DNA from: Candidatus Thorarchaeota archaeon
GTDB taxonomy: Archaea; Asgardarchaeota; Thorarchaeia; Thorarchaeales; Thorarchaeaceae
DNA: 32,000 nt
Assembly (NCBI GenBank): GCA_008080745.1
Contig: SHMX01000004.1
Span: 60,001 to 92,000 of the forward strand
Reading direction: 5' to 3'
Below, in pieces: positions 1 through 9,411 of the stretch. Position numbers and translations under genes: made by a program. Numbering within the stretch: position 1 is the stretch's first letter; the number at the start of each line of letters is the position of its first letter. The notes beneath the pieces were generated by a model. That model did no database searches. It had not been told where the DNA came from and saw only the letters and a list, made by a program, of their open reading frames with translations.

Positions 1-735
1 GATGATAACTTTGCCACTATTGTCGATGCTGTGGAAAAAGGAAGAGAGATCTATTCCAATATCCGTAAGTTTGTAAGGTTTCTTTTGGCTGCAAACTTTG
101 ATGAAATATTTCTTATCTTCACTATTATCATGATTGGGTTACCTCTACCTATCACCGCCATCCAGATTCTGTGGTTGAACCTTGCAACAGACGGTTTTCC
201 AGCTCTTGCTCTGGGTGTAGATCCACCAGAAGAAGGTGTTATGACTAGACCCCCAAGAGAACCTGGCAAGAAAATGATGGACCGTGGTATGATATCGTTT
301 GTTGTGATAGCAGGATTCATAGCTTTCTTGGCATCTGCATTTGTGTTTCTGTGGAGTCTTAATACCTATGGTGGATGGATTCCAGGAGTTAATGGTCCAC
401 TTGTCGATTGGGACACTCCAACATGGGATTATGCTCTGAAACACGCCCGAACGGCAGCTTTTGCAGGAGTGGTGACATTTGAACTGCTATTTGTGTGGAA
501 TTGCCGTGATGAATATCATCCTGTCTGGAGAACTCATATTACACAATCTCGTGCATTAATCGGTGCAGTTATTCTTTCAATTGTTCTTACTTTAGCAACT
601 ATCTATGTACCGTTCATGCAACCCTTATTCCAGACAATGCCACTCAATCCGATTGACTGGGTAATAATAATAACAACATGTCTTCCTGGGCTATTCATCC
701 CACCACATATCATCTTTGGACATGACAAGGAATAA
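1..735 (+). CDS. Cation-transporting P-type ATPase (type IIA / Ca2+-ATPase-like), C-terminal part, 5'-truncated by the window
   Basis: The frame is open from base 1 (DDNFATIVDAVEKGREIYSNIRKF). It contains the TM5 LAANFDEI, TM6 LWLNLATDGFPALALGVDP and TM8 FELLFVWNCR motifs of SERCA-type ATPases. Confidence 0.93.
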   Translation, partial: DDNFATIVDAVEKGREIYSNIRKFVRFLLAANFDEIFLIFTIIMIGLPLPITAIQILWLNLATDGFPALALGVDPPEEGVMTRPPREPGKKMMDRGMISFVVIAGFIAFLASAFVFLWSLNTYGGWIPGVNGPLVDWDTPTWDYALKHARTAAFAGVVTFELLFVWNCRDEYHPVWRTHITQSRALIGAVILSIVLTLATIYVPFMQPLFQTMPLNPIDWVIIITTCLPGLFIPPHIIFGHDKE

Positions 736-741
736 CTGGAA

Positions 742-1584
742 CTAGACGGGCAGACGCTTCTCAAGCCAAGCGTTCATGTCCGCTAGCACTTTTTCTTTTT
801 CTATTTCTGAGTGTAATTCATGATATAGTCCTTCATAAAGCTTGAATGTTTTATCAGGAGAAGCAAGATTGTCGAAAAATTCCTTTGTTTTTTCGGAATC
901 TACCAATTTATCATCCCCACCTTGTTGTATAAGGGTGGGTAAGGTAATCTTATCCGCTGATTTGAAAGCACGTTCCTTAGCTCTGAGTGCAGATATACCA
1001 AATCTGGGTGTAACCTTATCGAATCGGAGTGGATCGTTTTTATGGGCCGTTACCACTTCAGAATCGTGTGAGGAATATTCGTGATTCACTTCATTTTCGA
1101 AGTATTTCTTCACGTTTAGTAACGATAGAAACCAACCGATGATTCTAGTACTTCTAGAGATTGGAAGAGTCTCTGAAACTGCTGGACACGAAAGTATCAT
1201 ACCATCAACCTCGTTTGGATAAAAATCAATATAGCGAAGAATATGAACTGCTCCTAATGAATGGCCGAAGAGATAGGTCAATCGATTTAGGAATCTGTCT
1301 TTTGCTTGCATTACGATATTATGCATGTCCTCTATATACTCTTTATAGCTCATGACATGACCCTTTAGACCTGAATAGCTTCCAAACCCTCTCATATCTG
1401 GAGCAAAGACCGCAAAGCCTTTTTCACCAAAATACTCTCCGATATTTTTTAGTGAGTAACCATAGCTTCCTAAACCGTGAATTGCAATCAGTATTGCTCT
1501 TGGTCTCTCATCATCTGGCATCCATAGATTGGTGTGCATTCTCAAACCGTCATAACCAATATACTGGCTCTCTTCAAACTTCAT
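742..1584 (-). CDS. Alpha/beta hydrolase, lysophospholipase/monoacylglycerol lipase family
   Basis: HGLG oxyanion motif, DMRGFG, nucleophile elbow GHSLG, Asp in GGDDKLV, His in YHEL. Confidence 0.9.
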   Translation of the reverse strand: MKFEESQYIGYDGLRMHTNLWMPDDERPRAILIAIHGLGSYGYSLKNIGEYFGEKGFAVFAPDMRGFGSYSGLKGHVMSYKEYIEDMHNIVMQAKDRFLNRLTYLFGHSLGAVHILRYIDFYPNEVDGMILSCPAVSETLPISRSTRIIGWFLSLLNVKKYFENEVNHEYSSHDSEVVTAHKNDPLRFDKVTPRFGISALRAKERAFKSADKITLPTLIQQGGDDKLVDSEKTKEFFDNLASPDKTFKLYEGLYHELHSEIEKEKVLADMNAWLEKRLPV

Positions 1585-1663
1585 GATACTTTCATCAGTC
1601 CTTTGGTATCTACACTTATATTTTAGTTGACATTTTACTTGATACCTAATTGTGGTGTAGTCA

Positions 1664-2818
1664 ATGGTGCTAATGATATCCGCAGCTATTATTCTTATTC
1701 TGAGACTTGTTTCATTGATAGTTTCCTTTCTATTAGCTTATACATTGATTATCCGCTGGCTCGAATCAGGAATTCGTGTTGTGTTCCTTTTCATGATTGC
1801 AAATCTAGTGTCTTCATTCTCAAATATTACCAGTGTTATCGAGGTCTTATTCTTCTTTGAGGAATTCAATGTGACCAATTTGCTTTCTACTGTGATCCTT
1901 TCGTTTTTCGGGATTCTTATTGCTAGTACCTATCTACTGTTCATTGACTATTTCGAGAATGAGCATATGTCCCCTGAGAAGGTAGCTCTTGCAGTGGCAC
2001 CAATCTCTGCGTATACTATAGGCATTTTGGCGGTTTTCCTTTTTAGTTCATCAAATTATATGGATACAAACTTTCTCATCTTTCTGAATATTGTTCTCCT
2101 TCTAGTCCCGGTATTTATGATTTTGATTGGAACCACTAGTTATCGCGCTCTTGAGAACTGCAAGGAATTTGCTTATGATAGCGAGCATATGAAACAGCTT
2201 CAGAATATGCAACTAGGAATAGTATCCCTTTTTATTTTCACACCAGTCTCAATTACTATTGTTAATATTCTCATCGGCTTAGTGCAGCCAATTAGTGATT
2301 TAAGACAAATTGTGTATTATACGCCTCAAGAAATATTTCTTATTCTTGGAGTATTTCTGATGTGGAAGGCATATGCAAGATCTCGGAGAATTGCCTTTCT
2401 ACAACCTCAGAGAATTTACAAGCTAATTGTTGTAAATAATGCAGGATTACCGGTATATTCCTATAACTTTCTAAAATCAAGTAAGCAAATAGACGAATCC
2501 CTTGTTTCAGGTGGCGTCTCTGCAGTCAGTTCTATGTTAGGAGAAGTTTTGGGGGCTTCAGGCATTCAATCAATTTCATTCGAATCTCACAAGATGATGA
2601 TACGTACTTATCCAAAATTTAATGCAATATTGTTCGCAGAGCGTGAATCGAGCTTTTTACGTGGTGCACTAGCGGATTTCTCCGCACAGTTTAACACCTA
2701 TTATGGAGAAGAAGTCAAAGATGGTGTGATAGCTGAGGATTTCAGAGATGCAGAAAATTTTGTACTTAGAGCATTTGGTTTAGCTATCGAAGAAGAAGTG
2801 AAAGGTGTGCCCAATTAG
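1664..2818 (+). CDS. Multi-pass membrane protein (about 7 TM) with a C-terminal longin-like domain
   Basis: About seven hydrophobic segments in the first ~240 aa. A soluble domain follows from ~2411 (IYKLIVVNNAGLPVYSYNF...DESLVSGGVSAVSSML...LADFSAQFNTYY) with the beta-beta-alpha-beta-beta-beta-alpha pattern of archaeal longin domains. Confidence 0.7.
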   Translation: MVLMISAAIILILRLVSLIVSFLLAYTLIIRWLESGIRVVFLFMIANLVSSFSNITSVIEVLFFFEEFNVTNLLSTVILSFFGILIASTYLLFIDYFENEHMSPEKVALAVAPISAYTIGILAVFLFSSSNYMDTNFLIFLNIVLLLVPVFMILIGTTSYRALENCKEFAYDSEHMKQLQNMQLGIVSLFIFTPVSITIVNILIGLVQPISDLRQIVYYTPQEIFLILGVFLMWKAYARSRRIAFLQPQRIYKLIVVNNAGLPVYSYNFLKSSKQIDESLVSGGVSAVSSMLGEVLGASGIQSISFESHKMMIRTYPKFNAILFAERESSFLRGALADFSAQFNTYYGEEVKDGVIAEDFRDAENFVLRAFGLAIEEEVKGVPN

Positions 2819-2827
2819 GCACACCTT
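2802..2827. terminator. Perfect 10-bp hairpin overlapping the stop codon of 1664..2818 at a convergent junction
   Basis: AAGGTGTGCC-caatta-GGCACACCTT, with TAG at 2816-2818. The terminator role is inferred from position. Confidence 0.5.
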
Positions 2828-2838
2828 CTCTGGTTAAT

Positions 2839-3720
2839 CTAGAATCTCATTGGTTTAGGTTCGTCACCACTATAGTCGTAGAAACCTTTACCTGCTTTTC
2901 TACCAACCCATCCAGCCCGTACCATTTTACGCAGAAGAGCAGGAGCTCGATATTTGCTGTCTTTGAATTCTTCAACAAAATAATCTGAGATGTATAATAG
3001 CGTATCTAGACCCACGAAATCAGCTAAAGTGAGGGGGCCCATTGGCCAATTGAGTCCCAATTTAATTGCGAGGTCCATATCTTCTACCGTCGCAACTCCT
3101 TCTTGGATCGCAAAAACTGCTTCATTGATGGCTGGAACCAACAGTCTGTTAACTGCAAATCCTGGTGCTTCGTTGACTAAAACTGTCTTTTTCCCAACTT
3201 TATGTGATACTTCTTCGATTACTTTAACAGTTTCATCATCAGTTGCTTGTCCCTTGATGATTTCAACAAGCCCCATTACAGGTACAGGATTGAAAAAGTG
3301 CATACCTATGAATTTCTCAGGACGTTTAGTAACCGCAGCCATCTGGGTTATACTTATACTCGATGTATTCGAGGCTAGGATGGCGTGTTCCGGAGCAAAA
3401 TTATCCACTTCTCTCCATGTGTCAAGTTTCAATTTCACGATCTCTGGAATTGCCTCAATTACAAGATCAACATCCTTGACAGCCGCTTTTAGATCCAACT
3501 CACCTGTAATTCTGGCTAGAGTTGCATCTACTTCGTCCTGTGTAATTCTATCTTTTTTGAGACCTCTCTCTAGATTTTTCTTTATGGTTTCCATACCCTT
3601 GTCAACGAATCTCTGTTCGATATCTCTCATTATGACTTCGTAACCGGCCTGCGCGCACACGTGAGCAATTCCATTACCCATCTGACCGGCACCAAGTACT
3701 GCAATCTTCTTGATTTCCAC
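2839..3720 (-). CDS. hbd: 3-hydroxybutyryl-CoA / 3-hydroxyacyl-CoA dehydrogenase
   Basis: Rossmann motif GAGQMGNG, EAIPE, ASNTSS, GMHFFNP catalytic His, PMGPLTLAD, GRKAGKGFYDY. Confidence 0.95.
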   Translation of the reverse strand: MEIKKIAVLGAGQMGNGIAHVCAQAGYEVIMRDIEQRFVDKGMETIKKNLERGLKKDRITQDEVDATLARITGELDLKAAVKDVDLVIEAIPEIVKLKLDTWREVDNFAPEHAILASNTSSISITQMAAVTKRPEKFIGMHFFNPVPVMGLVEIIKGQATDDETVKVIEEVSHKVGKKTVLVNEAPGFAVNRLLVPAINEAVFAIQEGVATVEDMDLAIKLGLNWPMGPLTLADFVGLDTLLYISDYFVEEFKDSKYRAPALLRKMVRAGWVGRKAGKGFYDYSGDEPKPMRF

Positions 3721-3906
3721 TATTATGGTCCTCCAGTGTTTTCAACTGTGTTTTGCTTCACAGGAGCTCCGTAATATGTTTGACTATTTTACTGTTGGAT
3801 AGATTATCATCTCTCTATGAGTATTATTCAAGACAATACCTACCATTAAAACAATATAAGTTTGTGAAGCAAACCTTTTTATACAAAACTAATACACAAC
3901 ATAATA

Positions 3907-3970
3907 GTTTGCAATGCAAACCATTTAACAGGGTAAACAACAGTCACAATTTGTGACCTTCGATTGTGAC
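3907..3970. promoter_or_regulatory. Operator-like inverted repeats in the divergent hbd/MFS intergenic region
   Basis: GTTTGCA-a-TGCAAAC (3907-3921), GTCACAA-t-TTGTGAC (3943-3957) and an extra TTGTGAC half-site (3964-3970). Confidence 0.3.
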
Positions 3971-4275
3971 CCTCTGTTGTGGCTTTGCATTATATACTCT
4001 AGCATCGATAAACATGTGAGAAACGTGAGAATCATGAAACCTGTCATCAAAAAAACAACCGATCATTCTCTCTCAAGTCCTCGGGAATCACCTCGCCGAG
4101 AGAATCTTTACTATGAATATCGATGGGGGGTCTAGTGGAATGAATAGACGATATCAGATGAATCTAGGTTTTGAGCTATCCGAAAACATGATCAAGGTCT
4201 GGTCAGGATGTGGTCAGAAAGGCCCATCAACAACATATGCTGTGACCAGACAAATAGAGTAATGAGGTAAGAAAA

Positions 4276-5715
4276 TTGAGTAAAGTTGCTACCTTCTTTG
4301 GTTTGAAACAAGCCAATGAAGATATCCTACAACTAGCCGGTAGACTAGCCATTTTGCTACCAATCGTATCAGCTACAATACAGCTATCCACGACATTCTT
4401 CATGATATTCGTTGCTGAAGCTCTGGGCGGAGGTTCCTATATTGAAGGACTTGCATTAGTCGGAGTTTTAGTAGTGATTCAGATGGGAATACAGACAATC
4501 CTAGACTATCCCACAGGAGCTCTGGGAGATTATATTGGTCAAAGATATGTGATTACGGGTGCATTCCTTTCCTTTGCATTAGGGTTCTATCTTGTGTCCT
4601 TTGTTAACACATCCACACCATTTCTCTATCTAGTATTGATCTATGCATTAATGGGACTTGGAAATTCCCAAATGAGTGGCTCATTCAATGCATGGTTTGA
4701 TAATAACTATCGTGCAGCTATGCCTGGGGACACGGAGAGAAAACAATATGGCGTATTTTGGGGAAAGGTGGGCATGTTATTTCAAGTTGTTGCGACAGCC
4801 TCTCTGATTCCCGGGGGAATCCTTGCTGTTGTTCTCGGTAGATCTTGGGTGTTTCAGCTTCAAGCCATTCTCTGTGTCGTTATTGCCATTGTGGTGATGT
4901 TTGTGGTACAAGACTTTCCTGAAGTTGCAGCAATGAGAACCGAGAGACCATCAATGAGTGAATATAAGAATCTACTCGGTTCTGGTGTTCGATTTCTCTT
5001 CAGTAGCAAATTCGTCAAACATCTTGTCATCGGTGGTTGTGTTTTGATGTCTGCGACCATGGTATGGGGGAACTTGATTCTCTTTCCAATGTATTTCAGC
5101 TATCTCCTTACTGATGTAGCAGTATCGAGTTTCAGAACAGTTCTCTTTCTTCCTGGGGTAGTTACATCAGAGCGGTCTGGTGTTTGGGCAAAACGTTTTG
5201 AACCACAGAAGTGGATTCCGCGTTTCAGAGCTTTACAATCTGGTGGATTCATCTTTTACTTATCTTTCGCTTTCATAATGCTAGCCTTTCCACCTGCTGA
5301 TACTGGAGTAATGATGCAGGTAATGATTCCCTTTACCCAGATAATATTTCTTGAGCTTCCTGCCTCTAACGTATTACCGATTTTGTTCATGACTGCAACT
5401 TTTGTGTTTACTGGCTTATTTGGTGGAATAGCCGAGATACTTACTCAGAGAGAGCTACTTGATGTAATCCCAAATGAGATCCGTAATAGCATGTATTCTC
5501 TCGCTCCCACCATTGGTACAATCATTGCAATCCCTCAGATAGCACTCTTCGGATGGTTGATATCAGTGGTAGGTTTTCCCTTCACTCTCATGATTGTAAG
5601 CATAGTATCATTGTGTGGAATGATGTTAGTGAGAGATGGGTTAAGACATCCAAAACCAGTTCTTGAGGACAAATCAGAAACTTCTCTTATCTCCAAAGAG
5701 GTAGCAGCAGATTAA
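4276..5715 (+). CDS. MFS transporter
   Basis: About 12 hydrophobic segments; motif-A-like LDYPTGALGDYIGQRY; SGSFNAW; second-half RELLDVIPNEIRNSMYS. TTG start is uncertain. Confidence 0.85.
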   Translation: MSKVATFFGLKQANEDILQLAGRLAILLPIVSATIQLSTTFFMIFVAEALGGGSYIEGLALVGVLVVIQMGIQTILDYPTGALGDYIGQRYVITGAFLSFALGFYLVSFVNTSTPFLYLVLIYALMGLGNSQMSGSFNAWFDNNYRAAMPGDTERKQYGVFWGKVGMLFQVVATASLIPGGILAVVLGRSWVFQLQAILCVVIAIVVMFVVQDFPEVAAMRTERPSMSEYKNLLGSGVRFLFSSKFVKHLVIGGCVLMSATMVWGNLILFPMYFSYLLTDVAVSSFRTVLFLPGVVTSERSGVWAKRFEPQKWIPRFRALQSGGFIFYLSFAFIMLAFPPADTGVMMQVMIPFTQIIFLELPASNVLPILFMTATFVFTGLFGGIAEILTQRELLDVIPNEIRNSMYSLAPTIGTIIAIPQIALFGWLISVVGFPFTLMIVSIVSLCGMMLVRDGLRHPKPVLEDKSETSLISKEVAAD

Positions 5716-5730
5716 TTTGCTGCTACCTCT
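5697..5730. terminator. Near-perfect 34-bp palindrome centred on the MFS stop codon at a convergent junction
   Basis: AGAGGTAGCAGCA-gattaatt-TGCTGCTACCTCT with 13-bp arms and TAA at 5713-5715. It is followed by AAAAA, a U-tract on the minus strand. Confidence 0.6.
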
Positions 5731-5754
5731 AAAAAGCCATAAGGGAGAACAATC

Positions 5755-6420
5755 TCACTCGATTGAGCTCAGATTGCTTCTCCACCTCTCTTCTTTCCCT
5801 TCGACAATTCCGAAGTATCCATTCATTGCTGGACCAGGATTAACTACCAATGTGTTTCCGATATAATCAGAATTTCTGCTCTCATGGATATGACCACACA
5901 AAAATGCTACAGGTTCATATTCTTCTACAATAGTTCGCATAGTTTTGCTACCTACTTTTATTCCCGAGTAAAGAACATCAGTTGAAGTATTATAAGGTGG
6001 AACATGTGATACTACTACAATTTTCTTGGAAGTATCTATTTTTTCAAAAGTATCTTTAGCTTTCTTCATGTATTCCTCTTCAGTAAACTCATACATTCCA
6101 GGAAATGGTGTGGGTGTAGAACCTCCAAATCCTAGAAAGACAGTATCGTTGATTTCTGTTGATGAGAAATGGATTGATAGTTGGGGCATACTGCTATGAC
6201 TAATCATCTCTTTTGGATCACAGTTTCCAGGAATCCATAGTGTTGGAACACCAACTACTAAGAGTCCTCTTACTATTTGTGAAGCTGTGGATATTGGGCC
6301 AAAATTGGTAATATCTCCTGCAATCACTATGGCATCAACGCTCTCTTGTTGAGCTATTCTAGCCAATTTTGGTATAACCGCATATGTTCCATGAAAATCG
6401 GTCAAGGTCATAATTTTCAT
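5755..6420 (-). CDS. Metallophosphoesterase (calcineurin-like)
   Basis: DFHG, GDI, GNCD, SHVPP and GHIHE metal-binding motifs. Confidence 0.92.
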   Translation of the reverse strand: MKIMTLTDFHGTYAVIPKLARIAQQESVDAIVIAGDITNFGPISTASQIVRGLLVVGVPTLWIPGNCDPKEMISHSSMPQLSIHFSSTEINDTVFLGFGGSTPTPFPGMYEFTEEEYMKKAKDTFEKIDTSKKIVVVSHVPPYNTSTDVLYSGIKVGSKTMRTIVEEYEPVAFLCGHIHESRNSDYIGNTLVVNPGPAMNGYFGIVEGKEERWRSNLSSIE

Positions 6421-6476
6421 TTGGATTCGGTATGAAGCTCAATATCCTGAGTTATAAGATAAATGGCGATATGATA

Positions 6477-7250
6477 TTAGCGGAAAAGGTCTTCTTTTTC
6501 ATCTCTGGGTACGTCAGAAGCAGATTCACAGTGTTCAGAATCATATTGAACCCCTCGAACAATAATTACTGGATATCCCTCTGAACCTTGTCCCATCATA
6601 TGTTCGGCTGCAGCTGCAATCTCATCAATCTGACATATTGTGGATCTCTTCAGCTCTCTACCATAGAGGTCTTGTCTTCCTTTGTTATACCGGAATGCAT
6701 CAACTCCTGAACTTCCAATCGCAATATTCATCCCTCCTCTTCTCCAGGGGCGTCCTTGCGTATCTGATATTATTACAGCAATTTTCTTTCCGGTTTCTTT
6801 TTCTAAGAATTCACGGATTCTCTGAGCGCTGTAGTCAGGATTCTCAGGTAGGAGTACATAGTATCCTTCTAGGATATTCGATTTGTCTACTCCTGAGAAA
6901 TTACAGACCATTCCGTTTTTTGTCACGGTAATTAGTACTCGATCAGTTCGAAGTATCTTTGTACTCTCTCTTATTGCTAGTTGAACTTGAATTGGATCGA
7001 ATCCATTTCTAATGGCAATTTCCAAAGCAACTGATGATACATCCACTGATTTTCCATCTACTATTCTTCCTTCCGACTTAGATACGATTTTCTGAGCAAT
7101 AACAAAAATATCACGATCTTTTATGGCGATTTTTGATTTTTCAAGAGCAAGAATAATATTATTCTCTATACAGTTTTTTTCTGTGAAAAGAGGATAATTA
7201 TAGAGCGGAAATATCGCAATACTTGATTTTGTAGCTCTTTTTTCTTCCAT
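6477..7250 (-). CDS. cofE: Coenzyme F420-0:L-glutamate ligase
   Basis: VIAQKIVSKSEGRIV, ISDTQGRPWRRG, DEIAAAAEHMMGQGSEGYPVIIVRG. Confidence 0.9.
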   Translation of the reverse strand: MEEKRATKSSIAIFPLYNYPLFTEKNCIENNIILALEKSKIAIKDRDIFVIAQKIVSKSEGRIVDGKSVDVSSVALEIAIRNGFDPIQVQLAIRESTKILRTDRVLITVTKNGMVCNFSGVDKSNILEGYYVLLPENPDYSAQRIREFLEKETGKKIAVIISDTQGRPWRRGGMNIAIGSSGVDAFRYNKGRQDLYGRELKRSTICQIDEIAAAAEHMMGQGSEGYPVIIVRGVQYDSEHCESASDVPRDEKEDLFR

Positions 7251-7450
7251 TTATGTCACCAGTACTTACCAAATGGGTTTTTTACCTTAGAATCGCTAAA
7301 AAAACGTGCGTAGATACCTAATCGCACGGGAAATACTAAATAAGATAGCTATTGAAACATAGACTGCGATAGTACAGTATTGCGCATTAGATTAATAATC
7401 TCTGGGACTATAAATCTCAGACTAGATAAATACTTACTACCACATTTGGA

Positions 7451-9397
7451 GTGCAAAAAAAATTGAGCGGATCCGGTTCAGGCGATATCAAGCAGGGAAC
7501 TATTGCTAAATTCATGAGAAAAAGGACTCAACTAGTTGGTTTTGAAACTGGTTTAAACAAACATACACAATATGCAATCGAGTTTCTTGATAATGCTATC
7601 GACGCATTGGAAAGTTGGTGGTGGAAGACTAAGAAGAGACCACGATTACCGGATCAATTAGAAGAGAAGTATGTCGAGGAAATTCGTGAGAAACTAAAAG
7701 ATGAAGTCTATGATTCAATATCTCTGAGTAAGAAATTGGAGAAGAAAGTTCGCGCTGGAAAACCAGTTGATATCCCCGTTAGGAAAAAAGAATCTCTTGA
7801 TGACCGAGTTACACGATTTCGAAAATTCCTGATGCCCTTTAGGGGGATGATTAACCGACGAGAACCCCTTGTTGTAATTCAATTAACTGAAGTTTTCATG
7901 CCCGATCTGATTCCACTTGATGATGAAGAAGGATTCAAAGTCTACGAGTTTACCTGTTTTGATAATGGCGTTGGAATGGTTCCCTCTGATTTGGAAAAGT
8001 TTGGAATATATCTGGCGTCAAGCAAATCAGAAAAATTACGTCAAACAAGAGGTAGTCAAGGATTTGGCTCACCGTCTGCATTCAGTGACGCACAAAATAC
8101 TACGGGAAAACCAATTTTTACAATCTCACAACGGTTTACCGCGAAAAAAGCATCTGTTGCTGATTTTTACACTACTACTTCGAATACGAAGGATTATGTG
8201 GCTGGACCTATTCAGATGGAGTTACCTTTCAAACATGGTACATACATCCGTTTGAATTATCTAAATATCCAATACCGTCGAGGATATGCTGACACATATG
8301 CCGAGATGGCGTCTCTATTGAATTCTCATGTAACTATAGTGTTCATAGATCCTTATGGCGATGTGCATATCTATCCTCGGAGAGTCAACAAATTTCCTGA
8401 AGAGCCCAAGTATGCCCAACCCCATCCTGCTAGCATTCGTATTGGAGAATTTCAAGATCTATTACGTGAAACGACCGAAGACTCACTCTATGGTTTTCTA
8501 ACAAAAGCATTTACCCGACTAAGTGCAGCAAAGGCAAAATCAATCATAAAAGCGACAAATAAGGAACTTCGAAAACGCCACCAAGACACAATATCAACAA
8601 GAACTCCAACAGAATCACTTTCGAAACTTGAGGTAGAATTACTTTACAAGAACTTCTCAAGTGAAGATTATATTGCACCCCCAACTGATACTGTTGTACC
8701 CGTTGGAGAGGAGGTTTTCGAGCAAACAATCCAGATGGCATATAATCCCGAATTTGTCTGTGCTGTAACGAGAAAACCAACTTCCGGGAAGGGGTTGTCT
8801 TTTGCAGTTGAGGTCTGCATTGCATATGGTGGAGAAATCAAGCCAGCCACCTCTGCGACTATGGTTTTATGGCGTTTTGTTAACCGGGTTCCAAAGCTCA
8901 GGGATAATAGTGATTGTGCAACTTGGAAAGCCAGTACTATGGTGAACTGGCGTAATTACAAAGTGAAAACATTTGACAATGGTATTCCACGAGGTCCGAT
9001 TATGGTTTTCATTCATGTCTGCGGTGCTTATGTTCACGTTATGTTCAAGGGTCAGAGTAAACAAGCTCTAGCAGAAGATGAGGTATTGCTTAAAGAAATC
9101 AAGTTAGCTCTAGAACAAGCCGGTCGAAAATTTAGAAGGTTCATCACCAAGAGAGAACGAGCTAAAAGAAAGGCTAAACGTGCTGGAGTCCTTTCTATGT
9201 ATGCTGATCAGTTTGCAGAGAGTCTAGTTTCAATTGTCAACTCCGCGGACTCAAAGTCAAATTATGATGCTGAAATAGTGGCAAGCCGATTGAGAAGCTC
9301 GATTGCTGGATATGATAGTCACGTTGAGGACGATGATGAAGAAGAGGAGGAAGAAGCAGAAGACGAAAAAGAACTAATTGGAGATGATTCCGATTAG
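7451..9397 (+). CDS. top6B: DNA topoisomerase VI subunit B, with a GHKL-domain insertion and acidic C-tail
   Basis: N-box EFLDNAIDA, G1 DNGVG, RGSQGFG lid, HGT, H2TH region, RFVNRVP, transducer lysine in GQSKQA. Confidence 0.93.
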   Translation: MQKKLSGSGSGDIKQGTIAKFMRKRTQLVGFETGLNKHTQYAIEFLDNAIDALESWWWKTKKRPRLPDQLEEKYVEEIREKLKDEVYDSISLSKKLEKKVRAGKPVDIPVRKKESLDDRVTRFRKFLMPFRGMINRREPLVVIQLTEVFMPDLIPLDDEEGFKVYEFTCFDNGVGMVPSDLEKFGIYLASSKSEKLRQTRGSQGFGSPSAFSDAQNTTGKPIFTISQRFTAKKASVADFYTTTSNTKDYVAGPIQMELPFKHGTYIRLNYLNIQYRRGYADTYAEMASLLNSHVTIVFIDPYGDVHIYPRRVNKFPEEPKYAQPHPASIRIGEFQDLLRETTEDSLYGFLTKAFTRLSAAKAKSIIKATNKELRKRHQDTISTRTPTESLSKLEVELLYKNFSSEDYIAPPTDTVVPVGEEVFEQTIQMAYNPEFVCAVTRKPTSGKGLSFAVEVCIAYGGEIKPATSATMVLWRFVNRVPKLRDNSDCATWKASTMVNWRNYKVKTFDNGIPRGPIMVFIHVCGAYVHVMFKGQSKQALAEDEVLLKEIKLALEQAGRKFRRFITKRERAKRKAKRAGVLSMYADQFAESLVSIVNSADSKSNYDAEIVASRLRSSIAGYDSHVEDDDEEEEEEAEDEKELIGDDSD

Positions 9398-9411
9398 GAG
9401 GATGCCCTATC

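Noticed and set aside
735-750. 10-nt matches between distant sites (TAGTTCCAGT after two stop codons; ACTAGACGGG at 741 and ~15137)
   Set aside because: Isolated 10-mers are expected by chance at this length, and there is no shared flanking structure.
3753-4135. Small ORFs 3753..3956 and 3953..4135 in the long intergenic region
   Set aside because: No recognisable motif, no convincing SD, and atypical composition. They cannot be supported without expression data.
5750-5765. Short 4-5 bp hairpins around other stop codons (5750-5765, ~18467-18480, ~19301-19311)
   Set aside because: They fit the stop-in-loop pattern, but the arms are too short to distinguish from chance, so they were not counted as evidence.
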